Below, piece by piece: positions 18,657 through 28,514 of a DNA stretch of 64,000 bases. This stretch comes from Geopsychrobacteraceae bacterium. Its GTDB lineage: Bacteria > Desulfobacterota > Desulfuromonadia > Desulfuromonadales > Geopsychrobacteraceae. The stretch spans positions 2,208,001 through 2,272,000 of the forward strand of contig OY759353.1 in assembly GCA_963662315.1 (NCBI GenBank). Direction: 5' to 3'. How positions within the stretch are numbered: the first letter of the stretch is position 1; every line of letters starts with the position of its first letter. Below the pieces are notes generated by a model, which made no database searches, had not been told where the DNA came from, and was given only the letters and a program-made list of their open reading frames with translations. A program made the translations under genes and the position numbers.

Positions 18657-19979
18657 TTAACCGAAAACCAGATTCGGCAACCAGGTAATTATTTCAGGAA
18701 AGATCATGCACAGAATAAGCACCGTCAAGTTGACCATGACAAACGGAACAACCGCCTTGTAAATGGTTCCCATCCCAACGGTTGGCGGAGCGATCCCTTT
18801 CAGATAAAACAGGGCAAACCCGTAGGGGGGTGTCTGTACGGCAATCAGAATGTTAAGAATCATCAGCACCCCGAACCAGATCGGGTCATACCCCAGGGAA
18901 ACAGCAACCGGAGTGAATAACGGCGAACACATCAGAACAATAATGAACTCATCGATAATGAAACCAAGTAGCAGCATAATCAGCTGGAACATCATGATGA
19001 TCATGATCGGTGGCAGATCGAGGCTGCCGGTAAAATCAGCCACCATCGACTGAACCCCCATCAGCAGGTGAAAATTGCTGAACACGGAAGCGCCCAGAAT
19101 GATCCACATGGCAACACTGACCAACATTGAGGTCTGCAGGCCAACGGAGAGAAACATTTTGACCTTGAAGCGTTTGAAAATAATCGAAAGAAGTACGGCG
19201 CCGACAATACCGATAGCGCCCGACTCTGTCGGTGTCGCAATACCTGAGATAATGCTGCCGAGCACGGCAACGATCAGGAACATGGCGAGAAATCCGTCAC
19301 GGGTGATCTTGATCTTTTCTATCAGCGGGCGCTTCAGATTGGCCGCATCAGAAGCAGTAATCGGTGCTTTAGACGGGTCGAGCTTGCAGCTGACCACGAT
19401 ATAGGCAATCAACAGCACAACGGTCAACAGGGCCGGCATCAATGCACCAACAAACATCTTGCCGATGGAGTTGTGGGTTGAGGCGGCAAACATGATCATC
19501 GGAATACTGGGCGGAATCAGAATCCCCAGCGCACCGCCGGCCATAATGACGCCAAGGGCCATTTTTTGATTGTAACCACGGTCGATCATCGGTCCCAGAG
19601 CAATACTCCCCGAAGTCATGATCCCGGCCCCGATAATGCCGACCATCGCTCCGATCATGGAGCAAACAATAATGACACTGACCGCCAGCGAGCCACGGAT
19701 TTTACCGATGACCATCTGGCTGGCATCAAACATGGCATCGCCAATCCCGGAGCGGGTAAAGAATTGCCCCATGAAAATATACAGAGGGATCGCCAGCAGA
19801 ATAAAGCTGAAGTAGGTCGACTCAATGGTGGTCGGAATAACGTTAAAAACCGCATCCCCCCAGGTGAAATAGCCGACGCCCATGGCAATACCGCCAAGCG
19901 CCAGTCCGACCGGGGCTCCAAGAATAAAAAAGATGGCGATGCCAAGCAGCAGAACACCGGTAAGAGCTTCAATCCCCAT
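18657..19979 (-). CDS. dctM: TRAP transporter large permease
   Basis: LLAIPLYIFMG, GGALGILIPPSIPMI, GIATPTESGAIG, QTPPYG. Confidence 0.9.
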   Translation of the reverse strand: MGIEALTGVLLLGIAIFFILGAPVGLALGGIAMGVGYFTWGDAVFNVIPTTIESTYFSFILLAIPLYIFMGQFFTRSGIGDAMFDASQMVIGKIRGSLAVSVIIVCSMIGAMVGIIGAGIMTSGSIALGPMIDRGYNQKMALGVIMAGGALGILIPPSIPMIMFAASTHNSIGKMFVGALMPALLTVVLLIAYIVVSCKLDPSKAPITASDAANLKRPLIEKIKITRDGFLAMFLIVAVLGSIISGIATPTESGAIGIVGAVLLSIIFKRFKVKMFLSVGLQTSMLVSVAMWIILGASVFSNFHLLMGVQSMVADFTGSLDLPPIMIIMMFQLIMLLLGFIIDEFIIVLMCSPLFTPVAVSLGYDPIWFGVLMILNILIAVQTPPYGFALFYLKGIAPPTVGMGTIYKAVVPFVMVNLTVLILCMIFPEIITWLPNLVFG

Positions 19980-19981
19980 GG

Positions 19982-20518
19982 CTATTTGCCCCCTTTCATT
20001 AATTCGTGCCCGGTGACCAGGTAATAAATGTCAGCAACCATGTCCTTACCCAACTGCAGAACAAACAGAACGCTGGCAATGATGGTCATGATCCAAAAAT
20101 GAAACATCAGCGGAGCCCACTCGCTCTGTCGCCGGATGTCAAATTTCAGCGCATCCTGAAGCTTGTCAATGCTGATATAAATCATCAAGCCCAGGAAAAT
20201 GATGGCGAGGGAGAAGGAGATCAGGTCGAAAACACGCCGCACTCTGGGCGACATTTTCTGATAGACAATATCCACGGTAATATGGGCGCGCTTTTGATGG
20301 GCATAGGCACCACCTAAGGAGGCAACATAACCAAACAGAAACAACGACAGGTCAAAGGCCCAGACCGTCGGGTGGTTAAGAAAATAGCGCGAAAAAACCT
20401 CAAAGGCGACGATCCCGGCCAAAATCGGCATCAGGCCACCTGCGGCATAACCACCCATGCGAACAATAAATTCGATGATTTGACACGTTCCGCGCAATAC
20501 TGAAATAAACATGGTCAC
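19982..20518 (-). CDS. dctQ: TRAP transporter small permease
   Basis: Four TM segments, EVFSRY...PTVW, HITVD. Confidence 0.88.
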   Translation of the reverse strand: MTMFISVLRGTCQIIEFIVRMGGYAAGGLMPILAGIVAFEVFSRYFLNHPTVWAFDLSLFLFGYVASLGGAYAHQKRAHITVDIVYQKMSPRVRRVFDLISFSLAIIFLGLMIYISIDKLQDALKFDIRRQSEWAPLMFHFWIMTIIASVLFVLQLGKDMVADIYYLVTGHELMKGGK

Positions 20519-20583
20519 TACCTATTCAAATGGAGCGCTGAGCCGGTACCGAAGCCCAGCTCAGCAAAAACTACCTAAAAAAT

Positions 20584-21591
20584 TTATTTCTTGAGAATTT
20601 CAATCAGACGCTTGCTGTAAGAATCTTTCGCGGCATATTCATCCCAAAGAGTTTCGCCAGCTTTTTCCCAGGCCAGCTTGTCGCTCTCACTTGGTGTAGG
20701 ACTCCACTTCAATCCTTTCTTCTCCATTTCGGCGACAGCCTCCGCTTCCCACTGACGTGATTTTTCCAGCTGAGCCTTTGCATGACGGCGGGTCGCTTCC
20801 CAAACGGCTTCCTGCAGATCGGCAGGCAGCTTGTCCCAGGCACTTTGATTGACAACAACGGACAACACCTGAGCACCGGCCAGAGGAAGCTTGTACATAT
20901 ACTTGGCAACCTCAACGTGGTTACCGTCACGGTGGTCAATCATGTTACTGCCGATGGAACCGTCGATAACACCTGTTGCCAGGCTGGTGTAGATTTCACT
21001 CCAGGCCAGGGATACAGGGGACGCACCCAGGTTACGCAGAAACTTTCCGTAGGCCCCCGGGGCTCTGATCTTAAGTCCTTTAAAGTCTTCGATGGAGTTG
21101 ATCGGATTTTTGGTCAGGATATAGACGGGTGGTTGAATGTAGGGTTCAAGCCATTTCAGGCCATAAGCTCCGTAAGCCTCGGTAAGAATCTTGTCCCACC
21201 CCTGCTCATGAAACAGCGCGTGCAGCTTTTTCGGATCGTTGGTTCCGCCGGGCAGGCCAATCTCGACAATACCGGCAGGTAACTCACCAGCATGCATCGA
21301 CTGGAAAGGAGCGGCCATGGTCAGCAAGCCGGATTTGGTTGCGCTTAACAGACCTGACGTCCCGACCCCTTCGCCAGAGAAGAGAACCTGAACCTTGATC
21401 CGGCCATTGGACAATTCCTGAATATCGTTTGCCAACCCTTGATAAAGCTCGCCAAAAGCAGTCCCCCGGCCATACAGGTTACCGAAGCGCCAGTTAAACT
21501 CTGCAGCAGCTGCAGTGGTTGCCGCCAGCATGACCAGCATGGCAACGACAATAAATAATCTGGTTGTGACTTTGTTGAACACCTTGGACAT
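20584..21591 (-). CDS. dctP: TRAP substrate-binding protein
   Basis: Start moved to MSKVFN (GAGGAG upstream); signal peptide; EDFKGLKIRAPG, EIYTSLATGVIDG. Confidence 0.9.
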   Translation of the reverse strand: MSKVFNKVTTRLFIVVAMLVMLAATTAAAAEFNWRFGNLYGRGTAFGELYQGLANDIQELSNGRIKVQVLFSGEGVGTSGLLSATKSGLLTMAAPFQSMHAGELPAGIVEIGLPGGTNDPKKLHALFHEQGWDKILTEAYGAYGLKWLEPYIQPPVYILTKNPINSIEDFKGLKIRAPGAYGKFLRNLGASPVSLAWSEIYTSLATGVIDGSIGSNMIDHRDGNHVEVAKYMYKLPLAGAQVLSVVVNQSAWDKLPADLQEAVWEATRRHAKAQLEKSRQWEAEAVAEMEKKGLKWSPTPSESDKLAWEKAGETLWDEYAAKDSYSKRLIEILKK

Positions 21592-21850
21592 GTTTGTTCT
21601 CCTCTTGATCTGTTTAAGATTAGAGCCCTCAAAACAGCATTGCCGGTGATAGATCCAGACCAGCACCGTTTGAGGGCAGTGAATTAGAAACAGAGAATGA
21701 CCATATGGAAGAGCGTGACAGAGCTGGCGACGCTGGCAAAAGATCTGCGGGTTTAGCGGATGTGGCGAAAGCTCCAAAGGTCATTACAGGCACAGGATCA
21801 GAAACGTCGTTGTCTCTAGAAGTGTCCGTTTCTTGTCTGGAAGAACAATA

Positions 21851-21866
21851 GGCAAGGAACATTCCA
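21851..21866 (-). promoter_or_regulatory. Sigma-54 promoter of the dctPQM-gabT-gabD operon
   Basis: Minus strand TGGAATGTTCCTTGCC (GG-N10-GC); IHF-like TTTCAACAAGTTA at 21885-21897. Confidence 0.75.
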
Positions 21867-21939
21867 AAACAGAGAAATATTTTATTTCAACAAGTTAGAA
21901 GAACAGCAAAGAAAAACGTGAAATAAAAGGGGGGCAGAG

Positions 21940-21991
21940 GTCAACCATTCACGGTCAACCAGAGATGACGCGTCAACCATGGTTGACGCGT
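21940..21991. promoter_or_regulatory. Upstream activator sequences (bEBP binding sites)
   Basis: GTCAACC at 21940, 21954 and 21972; perfect 24-bp palindrome ACGCGTCAACCATGGTTGACGCGT at 21968-21991. Confidence 0.75.
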
Positions 21992-22007
21992 TCACAAAGG
22001 CAAAAGT

Positions 22008-23429
22008 TCACTCAGGTGTAAAGCGTTTTTTCAAACGCTTATTAAGCGCCTGTTTTGAAATCCCCAGCAGCTTTGCCGCCTGGCTCTGGTTATCTCCTGA
22101 ACGCATTAACGCCTGGTCGATAGCGTACTCGGCCAGTTCTTCAAGCGTCGGAAAATGTCCAAACAGGGCATCAAAAGAGTTGGCGCCCACGCTCACGCCA
22201 CTCGCTACGGGTAAAGCGGCACCGGACAAACGCTGGGCAATGACCTCTTCTGGAATGTCATCCCCCTGACAACGCGCCACAGCATCAAAAACATAGGTTT
22301 TCAGTTCGCGGATATTCCCTTCGAACGGATGCTTCAATAGCAGGCGTAACGCTCCCGGGCTTAAGCGCGGCACAGCTTTCCCAAGCGTTTGAGCCGATTC
22401 CTTAAGGAGATGATCAATCAACAGGGGCAAATCCTCACGCCGCTCACGCAATGGCGGCACTTTCATCAGGTGGGTACTGAGTCGATAGTAGAGATCGCGC
22501 CGAAAGCCGTCGTCCTGACTAGCCAGGACGGATAAATCGAGATTGGTTGCGGTTACGACCCGCGCCCGGTTGATTTTAGGCTGATCGGAACCCAGGGGAT
22601 AGTAAATCCCTTCCTGCAAAACCCGTAATAATTTAACCTGCGAAGCCTCTTTCAGATCGCCAATTTCATCCAGAAAGATGGTTCCTCCGGCAGCTTTTTC
22701 CAGTAGCCCCGGTCGCTCCCCTACAGCCCCGGTATAGGCCCCTTTGACGTGGCCGAAAAGAGTGTCGGAGAACATGGTGTCATCCAGTCCGGAAACATCC
22801 ACCGCCACATAATCCCCGTCCAGCTTACTGACATCATGTACGGCTCTGGCCAACAACTCCTTGCCGGTTCCGGTTTCGCCGAGAATCAGTACCGGTTGGG
22901 TGCTGGGAGCAATATTCTCGATATACTGAAACAGTGAGTACATCGCCGGATTACGCGTAACAATGTGCTGAAAGGCGTTGTGCCCCTGAATGGATCCGGT
23001 CGCAAAGCCGACCCCTTTTAGTGACATGACTTCGGTGCGCAGGTCAGCAATCTCCATGGCGGTGCGTAACGCGGAACCGAAGCTGTCCATGCTGATCGGT
23101 TTGACCAGATAGTCATGGGCTCCCAACTTAAGGCAGCGGATGGCGGTTTCGATTTCCGAATTGGCGGTACAGATGATCACCGGCACCTGGGGCCAGTGCT
23201 GCTTCAGTTCGCGCAGCACCTCCTCCCCCGACTTCAGCGGCATATTCAGATCAAGAAAGACAACCGGTGCCGCAACCTTCTGCATATACCCGAGAACCTT
23301 GGTGCTGTCCTGCAGGGCATGAATCTTCCTGATCCCCATGGAGCGTAGTAAAAACCCGTAAGCATCAAGCTCTGATTGTTCATCATCAATCAGAATGATA
23401 TCGGGATCGCGGTTCCCCAGATCAAGCAT
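22008..23429 (-). CDS. NtrC-family sigma-54 response regulator
   Basis: REC (LIDDE, FLDLNMP), GETGTGKE, GAYTGA, FLDEIGD, FEGNIREL, HTH NQSQAAKLLGISKQAL. Confidence 0.92.
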   Translation of the reverse strand: MLDLGNRDPDIILIDDEQSELDAYGFLLRSMGIRKIHALQDSTKVLGYMQKVAAPVVFLDLNMPLKSGEEVLRELKQHWPQVPVIICTANSEIETAIRCLKLGAHDYLVKPISMDSFGSALRTAMEIADLRTEVMSLKGVGFATGSIQGHNAFQHIVTRNPAMYSLFQYIENIAPSTQPVLILGETGTGKELLARAVHDVSKLDGDYVAVDVSGLDDTMFSDTLFGHVKGAYTGAVGERPGLLEKAAGGTIFLDEIGDLKEASQVKLLRVLQEGIYYPLGSDQPKINRARVVTATNLDLSVLASQDDGFRRDLYYRLSTHLMKVPPLRERREDLPLLIDHLLKESAQTLGKAVPRLSPGALRLLLKHPFEGNIRELKTYVFDAVARCQGDDIPEEVIAQRLSGAALPVASGVSVGANSFDALFGHFPTLEELAEYAIDQALMRSGDNQSQAAKLLGISKQALNKRLKKRFTPE

Positions 23430-25560
23430 GTGCCACCTCGTGAGAAATAAAGCGGGGTAAATGAATCGTCATCACGGTACCGGTTTCCGAACTTTGCACC
23501 GCAATACGGCCGTTCATTTCCTGTTCTATCATCATTTTCGACATATACAACCCGATTCCGGTCCCGGACTGGGTCCCCTTGGTCGTGAAATAAGGGGAAA
23601 AAATGTGCCCCAGGTGTTGTTTTGAAATACCACAACCATTATCCCTGACATGCAGGACAATCTTGTCCTGCTCAACAGTTAAGGCAACAACAATGTCCCC
23701 CTTCTGCAGTTGATTATCGTAACTGAAACGATCTTCTATGGCCTCCTTGGCATTGTTCAACAGATTCATCATGACATGAACAAACTCACTCTGATAGCCA
23801 TTGGTCACCAGCTCCGTTGCCGGAGCGTCAACCCGTACCCCAATATCATGAATAGACATTTTCAGACGTGGCGCCAACAGCTTGATGGCATGATTGACCG
23901 CCTCCAGCACATTAAAGGGTTGCTTACTCTTTGACGGCTTGAAAAAGTTGCGAAAATCGTCAATGGTTTTCGACATGAATTGCACCTGGGCATTAGCATT
24001 TTTGACCAGGGTTTCAACAAACAGCTTGTCAATAGTCCGGTTGATATAGGCGGCCTGCAGACTGGCAATGTAAGTCGACAGAATGTTCAACGGTTGGCGC
24101 CATTGATGGGCGATGGCCCCCAGCATTTCCCCCATGGCCGCCATCTTCTGATTCTGCAGCAGCTGACGCTCGGCAAAAACCCGCTTGGAGATATCGCGGA
24201 TGCTGGTCAATACCAATTCCTCTTTGTGCAGACGTAACGTCTTCAGGCTGACTTCCGCAGGGAACTCGGTCCCATCAAGACGCCGGAACGTCCATTCGTA
24301 ATACTGCTGCTGTCCGGCGACAGCCTGGTCCAGAATCGTCCTGGCGGTCTCTTCACTCTTGCCACCCCCCGGTTGAATATCCGGAAACAGGTCGAGTTCA
24401 TTACGCCCGATCAAGCTGTAACGATCACCGCCAAACAGATCCGATGCCTTGTCATTGCACTCGATGATGGTCATCTCCTTACTCACCAGAATCGCATCGT
24501 TGGCCACGTTGAAGAGCGTCTTGTAACGCGTTTCCACCTCGCGTCGCTTACTGATATTCCAGCGCAGATCGGCGTGGATCCCGGAAATCTGGTCGACATG
24601 TTCCTGAATGGCTGATTCGTAGCGCTTGTTGGAAATAAACAGCAGAACACCACTGCCTCCAACGCCGAGTAAGGTCAGAATCGCCAGGCCGCCCAGTACC
24701 TTCAGAAGAATCTCGGCCGCAAAGAGCAGCGTCGTTTTACGCAGCTGCCCGTAGGCCTCATCGACCGGGATGGTTGTGCACAGGTACCAATCAGTGTTGC
24801 TGATCTGCTTGTAGGCAAGCAAATTGTCGCGATCATTTGCCGAGTAATGGATCGTCCCTTCCCGCTGCATGGCAAAGGTCGCAGCGATATCAAGCAGATC
24901 TGGCTCAATTTCCTGTAAAGAGGTTTTCATGACGTAATCCTGATTGGGGTGAATCAGGATGGTGCCGTCCTTTGAGGCGACAAACAGGTAACCGGTCTCC
25001 CCGATCTTGGTCGCCAGCAACGTTTTCACCAGTGAGTCAAGGATGGTGTCGGCAGACAGGACACCGACAAACTGCCCCTGATGATAAAGCGGGGTAACCA
25101 GAGCGATAACAAACTCCAGGGTTACCATATCGACATAAGGAGTAGTAAAACTGGTCTTTCCCGCCCGCACCGCCTCAATGTACCAGGGGCGTACCCTGGT
25201 ATCATAGCCGTTCGGGGGAGCCCATCCGGCACCATCAATAATTGACCCATTGGCAAGACCAATATAAACATCGCTGAAGTGACCGGCCCGCATCGCCATG
25301 CGCAGCGGATCAAGGGTTCTGTCGTTAAGCCCCAGTTGCCCATAGGGGATCGAGTCAGCCGCCGCATCAAGAATCCGCATCTGCTGATCCAGCCATATTT
25401 CCGTCGCGTCGACCCGGTTATTCACCCGTACCAGCTGATGATCGGCAATCACCCGTTCAACAACAACGCTGGTACTCCGGTAGGTAATCGCGACTCCGGT
25501 AAGCAGCAGCAGAGAAAGAATCCCCATCCACAGCATTATTTTTTTGGTTTTGTTCGCCAT
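23422..25560 (-). CDS. Sensor histidine kinase: dCache_1 (amino-acid-binding motif), PAS, HisKA, HATPase
   Basis: TM-dCache-TM; YDTRVRPWY...PYVD...SAD; PAS FRRLDG; AHQWRQPL; NLLNNA, DNGCG, GTGIGL; start uncertain (25560 vs 25653). Confidence 0.88.
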   Translation of the reverse strand: MANKTKKIMLWMGILSLLLLTGVAITYRSTSVVVERVIADHQLVRVNNRVDATEIWLDQQMRILDAAADSIPYGQLGLNDRTLDPLRMAMRAGHFSDVYIGLANGSIIDGAGWAPPNGYDTRVRPWYIEAVRAGKTSFTTPYVDMVTLEFVIALVTPLYHQGQFVGVLSADTILDSLVKTLLATKIGETGYLFVASKDGTILIHPNQDYVMKTSLQEIEPDLLDIAATFAMQREGTIHYSANDRDNLLAYKQISNTDWYLCTTIPVDEAYGQLRKTTLLFAAEILLKVLGGLAILTLLGVGGSGVLLFISNKRYESAIQEHVDQISGIHADLRWNISKRREVETRYKTLFNVANDAILVSKEMTIIECNDKASDLFGGDRYSLIGRNELDLFPDIQPGGGKSEETARTILDQAVAGQQQYYEWTFRRLDGTEFPAEVSLKTLRLHKEELVLTSIRDISKRVFAERQLLQNQKMAAMGEMLGAIAHQWRQPLNILSTYIASLQAAYINRTIDKLFVETLVKNANAQVQFMSKTIDDFRNFFKPSKSKQPFNVLEAVNHAIKLLAPRLKMSIHDIGVRVDAPATELVTNGYQSEFVHVMMNLLNNAKEAIEDRFSYDNQLQKGDIVVALTVEQDKIVLHVRDNGCGISKQHLGHIFSPYFTTKGTQSGTGIGLYMSKMMIEQEMNGRIAVQSSETGTVMTIHLPRFISHEVAHA

Positions 25561-25677
25561 AAAACCTGTTCTTTCAATAAAGGAAAACCCGCACCCAAGC
25601 CACCTGACTGAAGGCGCTGTAAGGTCTATGCTTCTGCTGTAATCGCCATGCAAGAAGAATAGATCCCTAACCTCTTG

Positions 25678-25693
25678 AGCAAAATCAGTGCCG
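25678..25693 (-). promoter_or_regulatory. Sigma-54 promoter upstream of the kinase-regulator pair
   Basis: Minus strand CGGCACTGATTTTGCT, close to consensus YGGCAC-N5-TTGCW. Confidence 0.7.
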
Positions 25694-25827
25694 GTTTTGT
25701 CGTGCCGCAGTTAAAACCTAATAGGCATGAGGTGGAAGAGAGGCACCAGTGACTTCAGAACAGCAAGAAACTGGCTTTGCACTGAGTACAAATGGGAATA
25801 GAACTGATAAGTTTTCGGATCAGATAA

Positions 25828-27501
25828 TTATAGACTTATCCCGAAACGGCGCACCCGACTCGCATTCAGGCGACTTTCCCGACCGATATGTTTGAGAGCA
25901 GCGATAGCCTTGTCTGAAATCAATTCCTGGTATTCCGTCGCCCCGCCTTGTCTGCTGAATTTTAAACACAGATCGATATAGCGAGATAATAAAGGTTCCC
26001 GCAGGCGTTTGAACAGATCAACAAATTCCGCGACTGCTGCATGCGACAGCAGGATTTCCTCCTGATCGTGGTCACCCTGGCTGGACAGGATTTTTTCACA
26101 CAGCCCCTCCAGAGAATGATGTTCACGAATAGCATTAAAGGTCTTCTGAAACTTGGCAATAACCTCATGGTCTTTAATCGTGCTGTGAAGAGCCCTTCCG
26201 TCCAGGTTGAACAGGGCGACTTCGCTACGACGCTTGTCAATGTAAAGATCAATAATTCGGGTTGCCAGTGTATCGCGCCCCAGGTAACGCAGCAGCCGCA
26301 CAGCCCCGTCAAGATTAGCGGGAGAAATATATTTTGCCCCGTTTTTAAAGCTGTCGGACAGATTATCAATCACTTCCTGAGCGTTATCATCAAAAGACTC
26401 ATTAAATTTATCCCAGGCTGCCTGGAAAGAAGCTTGTGACCGCCCCTGATGAATTTTGTCCGCATAAAGATCGGCATCAGCCAGCAGCTTCTGTTCCTCA
26501 AGAAAACCATTTTCAACCAGCCGGGCAATCTGCGTATCAAATTCATCAAAGGTATAGTTGTCGTAATGGCGCAGCAGAGAACACCAGGTCTGTTGCTGGA
26601 TTGACAAAATTTCGTCATCCAGTTCACCAAAAATGGTACTGCGCCCCAGCACAAAGTTAAAATCGGGCACATCATGCGACTGACTGTAATAACACCAGGT
26701 CAGCAAGGTCACAGTCCGCATGGCGCGGTCAAGAACCGGCTCATCGTAGTCTTTTAGCAGCAGGACCAGGCTCGCAGCCAGCTTTTCAATTTTTTTCAGG
26801 ATACGGATATTACTGATCTTCAGCTTCATGATATAGCCGCTCAGTAAATGACTCAGACGGCCGTTGGTCAGAGCAATCCCGATACATTCATCAGCAGTCG
26901 GCGCAAACAGCAATTCGGTATCGATAACCTTTTCACGCAATTTGATATAATCGACGGAGGCCTCTTCCGCCAGGCTTTCGTCATTAAGGATCAGGACAAT
27001 TTTACACTTTTTCTGTTCTTTGAGCAGACTGATCAGCCCCAGAATATCCTGGGCGGCAATCCCCTGCCCTTTGCGTTCAAAATCATCAATACAGATGATG
27101 GTCTTTTCCAGCGACAGAAACAGAAGGGTATCAAAAATACTGTGATAAGGTTCGAAACTGCGGCTTCCCTGGGCAAGAGGGAACGATTTTCTACTGAATT
27201 GACCGATCAGTTCAGCCGTATTGCTTCTAAAACTTTCCAGCGTCGGTTTACGCCCAATAAATTGATTCTCAACAATATTTTCAAAGATGGCGAATTTCAG
27301 GTCATTGAGGGAATTGATCCCAAACAAGGAGACATAGGAATATTTCCCCAGGGCGATCTCGTTCTTGTTCTTGGCAAAATTCAGGTACTTATTCCAGGCG
27401 TAGGTTTTTCCGACCCCCCAATCTCCTTTAATTGACATCACTTCCGGGGTTTCGCTGCTCAGAAACTTTTCGATCTGCTGTTGAACAATCTCAACTGCCA
27501 T
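25828..27501 (-). CDS. KAP-family P-loop NTPase (no TM segments) with a long helical C-terminus
   Basis: IKGDWGVGKT, YVSLFG, IICIDDFER, LREKVID, NIRIL. Confidence 0.8.
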   Translation of the reverse strand: MAVEIVQQQIEKFLSSETPEVMSIKGDWGVGKTYAWNKYLNFAKNKNEIALGKYSYVSLFGINSLNDLKFAIFENIVENQFIGRKPTLESFRSNTAELIGQFSRKSFPLAQGSRSFEPYHSIFDTLLFLSLEKTIICIDDFERKGQGIAAQDILGLISLLKEQKKCKIVLILNDESLAEEASVDYIKLREKVIDTELLFAPTADECIGIALTNGRLSHLLSGYIMKLKISNIRILKKIEKLAASLVLLLKDYDEPVLDRAMRTVTLLTWCYYSQSHDVPDFNFVLGRSTIFGELDDEILSIQQQTWCSLLRHYDNYTFDEFDTQIARLVENGFLEEQKLLADADLYADKIHQGRSQASFQAAWDKFNESFDDNAQEVIDNLSDSFKNGAKYISPANLDGAVRLLRYLGRDTLATRIIDLYIDKRRSEVALFNLDGRALHSTIKDHEVIAKFQKTFNAIREHHSLEGLCEKILSSQGDHDQEEILLSHAAVAEFVDLFKRLREPLLSRYIDLCLKFSRQGGATEYQELISDKAIAALKHIGRESRLNASRVRRFGISL

Positions 27502-27553
27502 GGTGACCCTCGTGACGTTGCCGCCGGATGTTTCCGAATGGCAACAAAGAAGA

Positions 27554-28225
27554 TTATTTCAGGATATTCTGCATCTGCGCGCGAAACTTTCCCGCTCCGC
27601 CATTAGCGGGATGGCGCACCTTAAGAGCTGGAATGTTTAAATGTACCAGCTGAGCAGCCGCCTTTTCCCCGATGGCGACAACATGCCTGAAGGTGCCGAT
27701 GGTAAGCAACTGCTGTAACACGGCATGTCCAGCAGCCAGTTCTTCATCGCGTGGCGTCCGGTTGGAAAGCAAACCGCGAGCAGGGTGATAAGGGTGCCAG
27801 GGAAATGCATTCCACAGAATCACGCGGCGCGGATCAATCCCCTGATCGGCAAAAAAGCCCCAGACAATGGTTGCCGTCGGCTCAGTAAAACCGGTCGGAC
27901 GAACTTCCGGTTTACTGGTGCGCTGCGGCGCAATCTGCCTGAAAACCATCTCAGGGGTCAGCTGTTTATGTCCCAGTTCCCCAAGCAGTAAGCGTTCGGA
28001 CGTCATCGGGATCCCACTGAAATGCCCTCCTTGATAACCAATGGCCTCGGCACATAACAAGGTATCCGCAACACCGATTCTCTCAGAAAGATAACAAGCC
28101 AGCTGGCGGCGGCGAACCTCGGGCCCATGCTGGCCGAGGTCATGGTCCTGATCTGTCTCTCCCCAGGGATTAAAAACTCCAGAACTGCGATATCCTGCAA
28201 GAGATGCGACAAAAGACTCAACCAT
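27554..28225 (-). CDS. Uracil-DNA glycosylase superfamily protein (uncharacterised branch)
   Basis: FNPW, AEAIGYQGGHFSGIPMTSE, EPTATIVW, WNAFPWHP, NRTP, VRHPANGG. Confidence 0.8.
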   Translation of the reverse strand: MVESFVASLAGYRSSGVFNPWGETDQDHDLGQHGPEVRRRQLACYLSERIGVADTLLCAEAIGYQGGHFSGIPMTSERLLLGELGHKQLTPEMVFRQIAPQRTSKPEVRPTGFTEPTATIVWGFFADQGIDPRRVILWNAFPWHPYHPARGLLSNRTPRDEELAAGHAVLQQLLTIGTFRHVVAIGEKAAAQLVHLNIPALKVRHPANGGAGKFRAQMQNILK

Positions 28226-28514
28226 GGGGAATTTCCCGGATCAGAATGAAGGGCTTAACGATCAGCATCTGAAACGGCCTGGCCAGGTTATTCTCCCAAC
28301 ATTCAAGTTGGCTGGCTATCGGTTTGGACAATACTCCGGAAGCGATCCAGGTCTGCACAGCATCTTTATCATCCTGGGCGACAGCTACCGCAGCCGCCAC
28401 CAGGTCAAGCCTGTCAGCAACCACAATAATGGCGTCGCGCTGCAGATGAATTCGCAATTCTCGCCACGTCACTGTGGCAAGATCTTTCTTAAAGGTGGTT
28501 GTCAAATCTTCCAT
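28218..28514 (-). CDS. DUF2288-like protein
   Basis: Start moved to MEDLT (AGGAG upstream); W.EL..H..R..IIVV...LDLV.AA.AVA.DD...V..WI..G, IVKPFIL. Confidence 0.75.
   Translation of the reverse strand: MEDLTTTFKKDLATVTWRELRIHLQRDAIIVVADRLDLVAAAVAVAQDDKDAVQTWIASGVLSKPIASQLECWENNLARPFQMLIVKPFILIREIPHG

Noticed and set aside
21592..21777. 62-aa N-terminal extension of dctP in the ORF track (similar extensions at 12868, 13051, 42205, 62915)
   Set aside because: Downstream ATGs fit better on RBS and/or family N-terminus, and some extensions run through regulatory DNA.
21940..21991. Repeats read as a mini-CRISPR or terminator
   Set aside because: Units are only 7 bp with no spacers or cas genes; the palindrome has no loop and its position fits enhancer sites.
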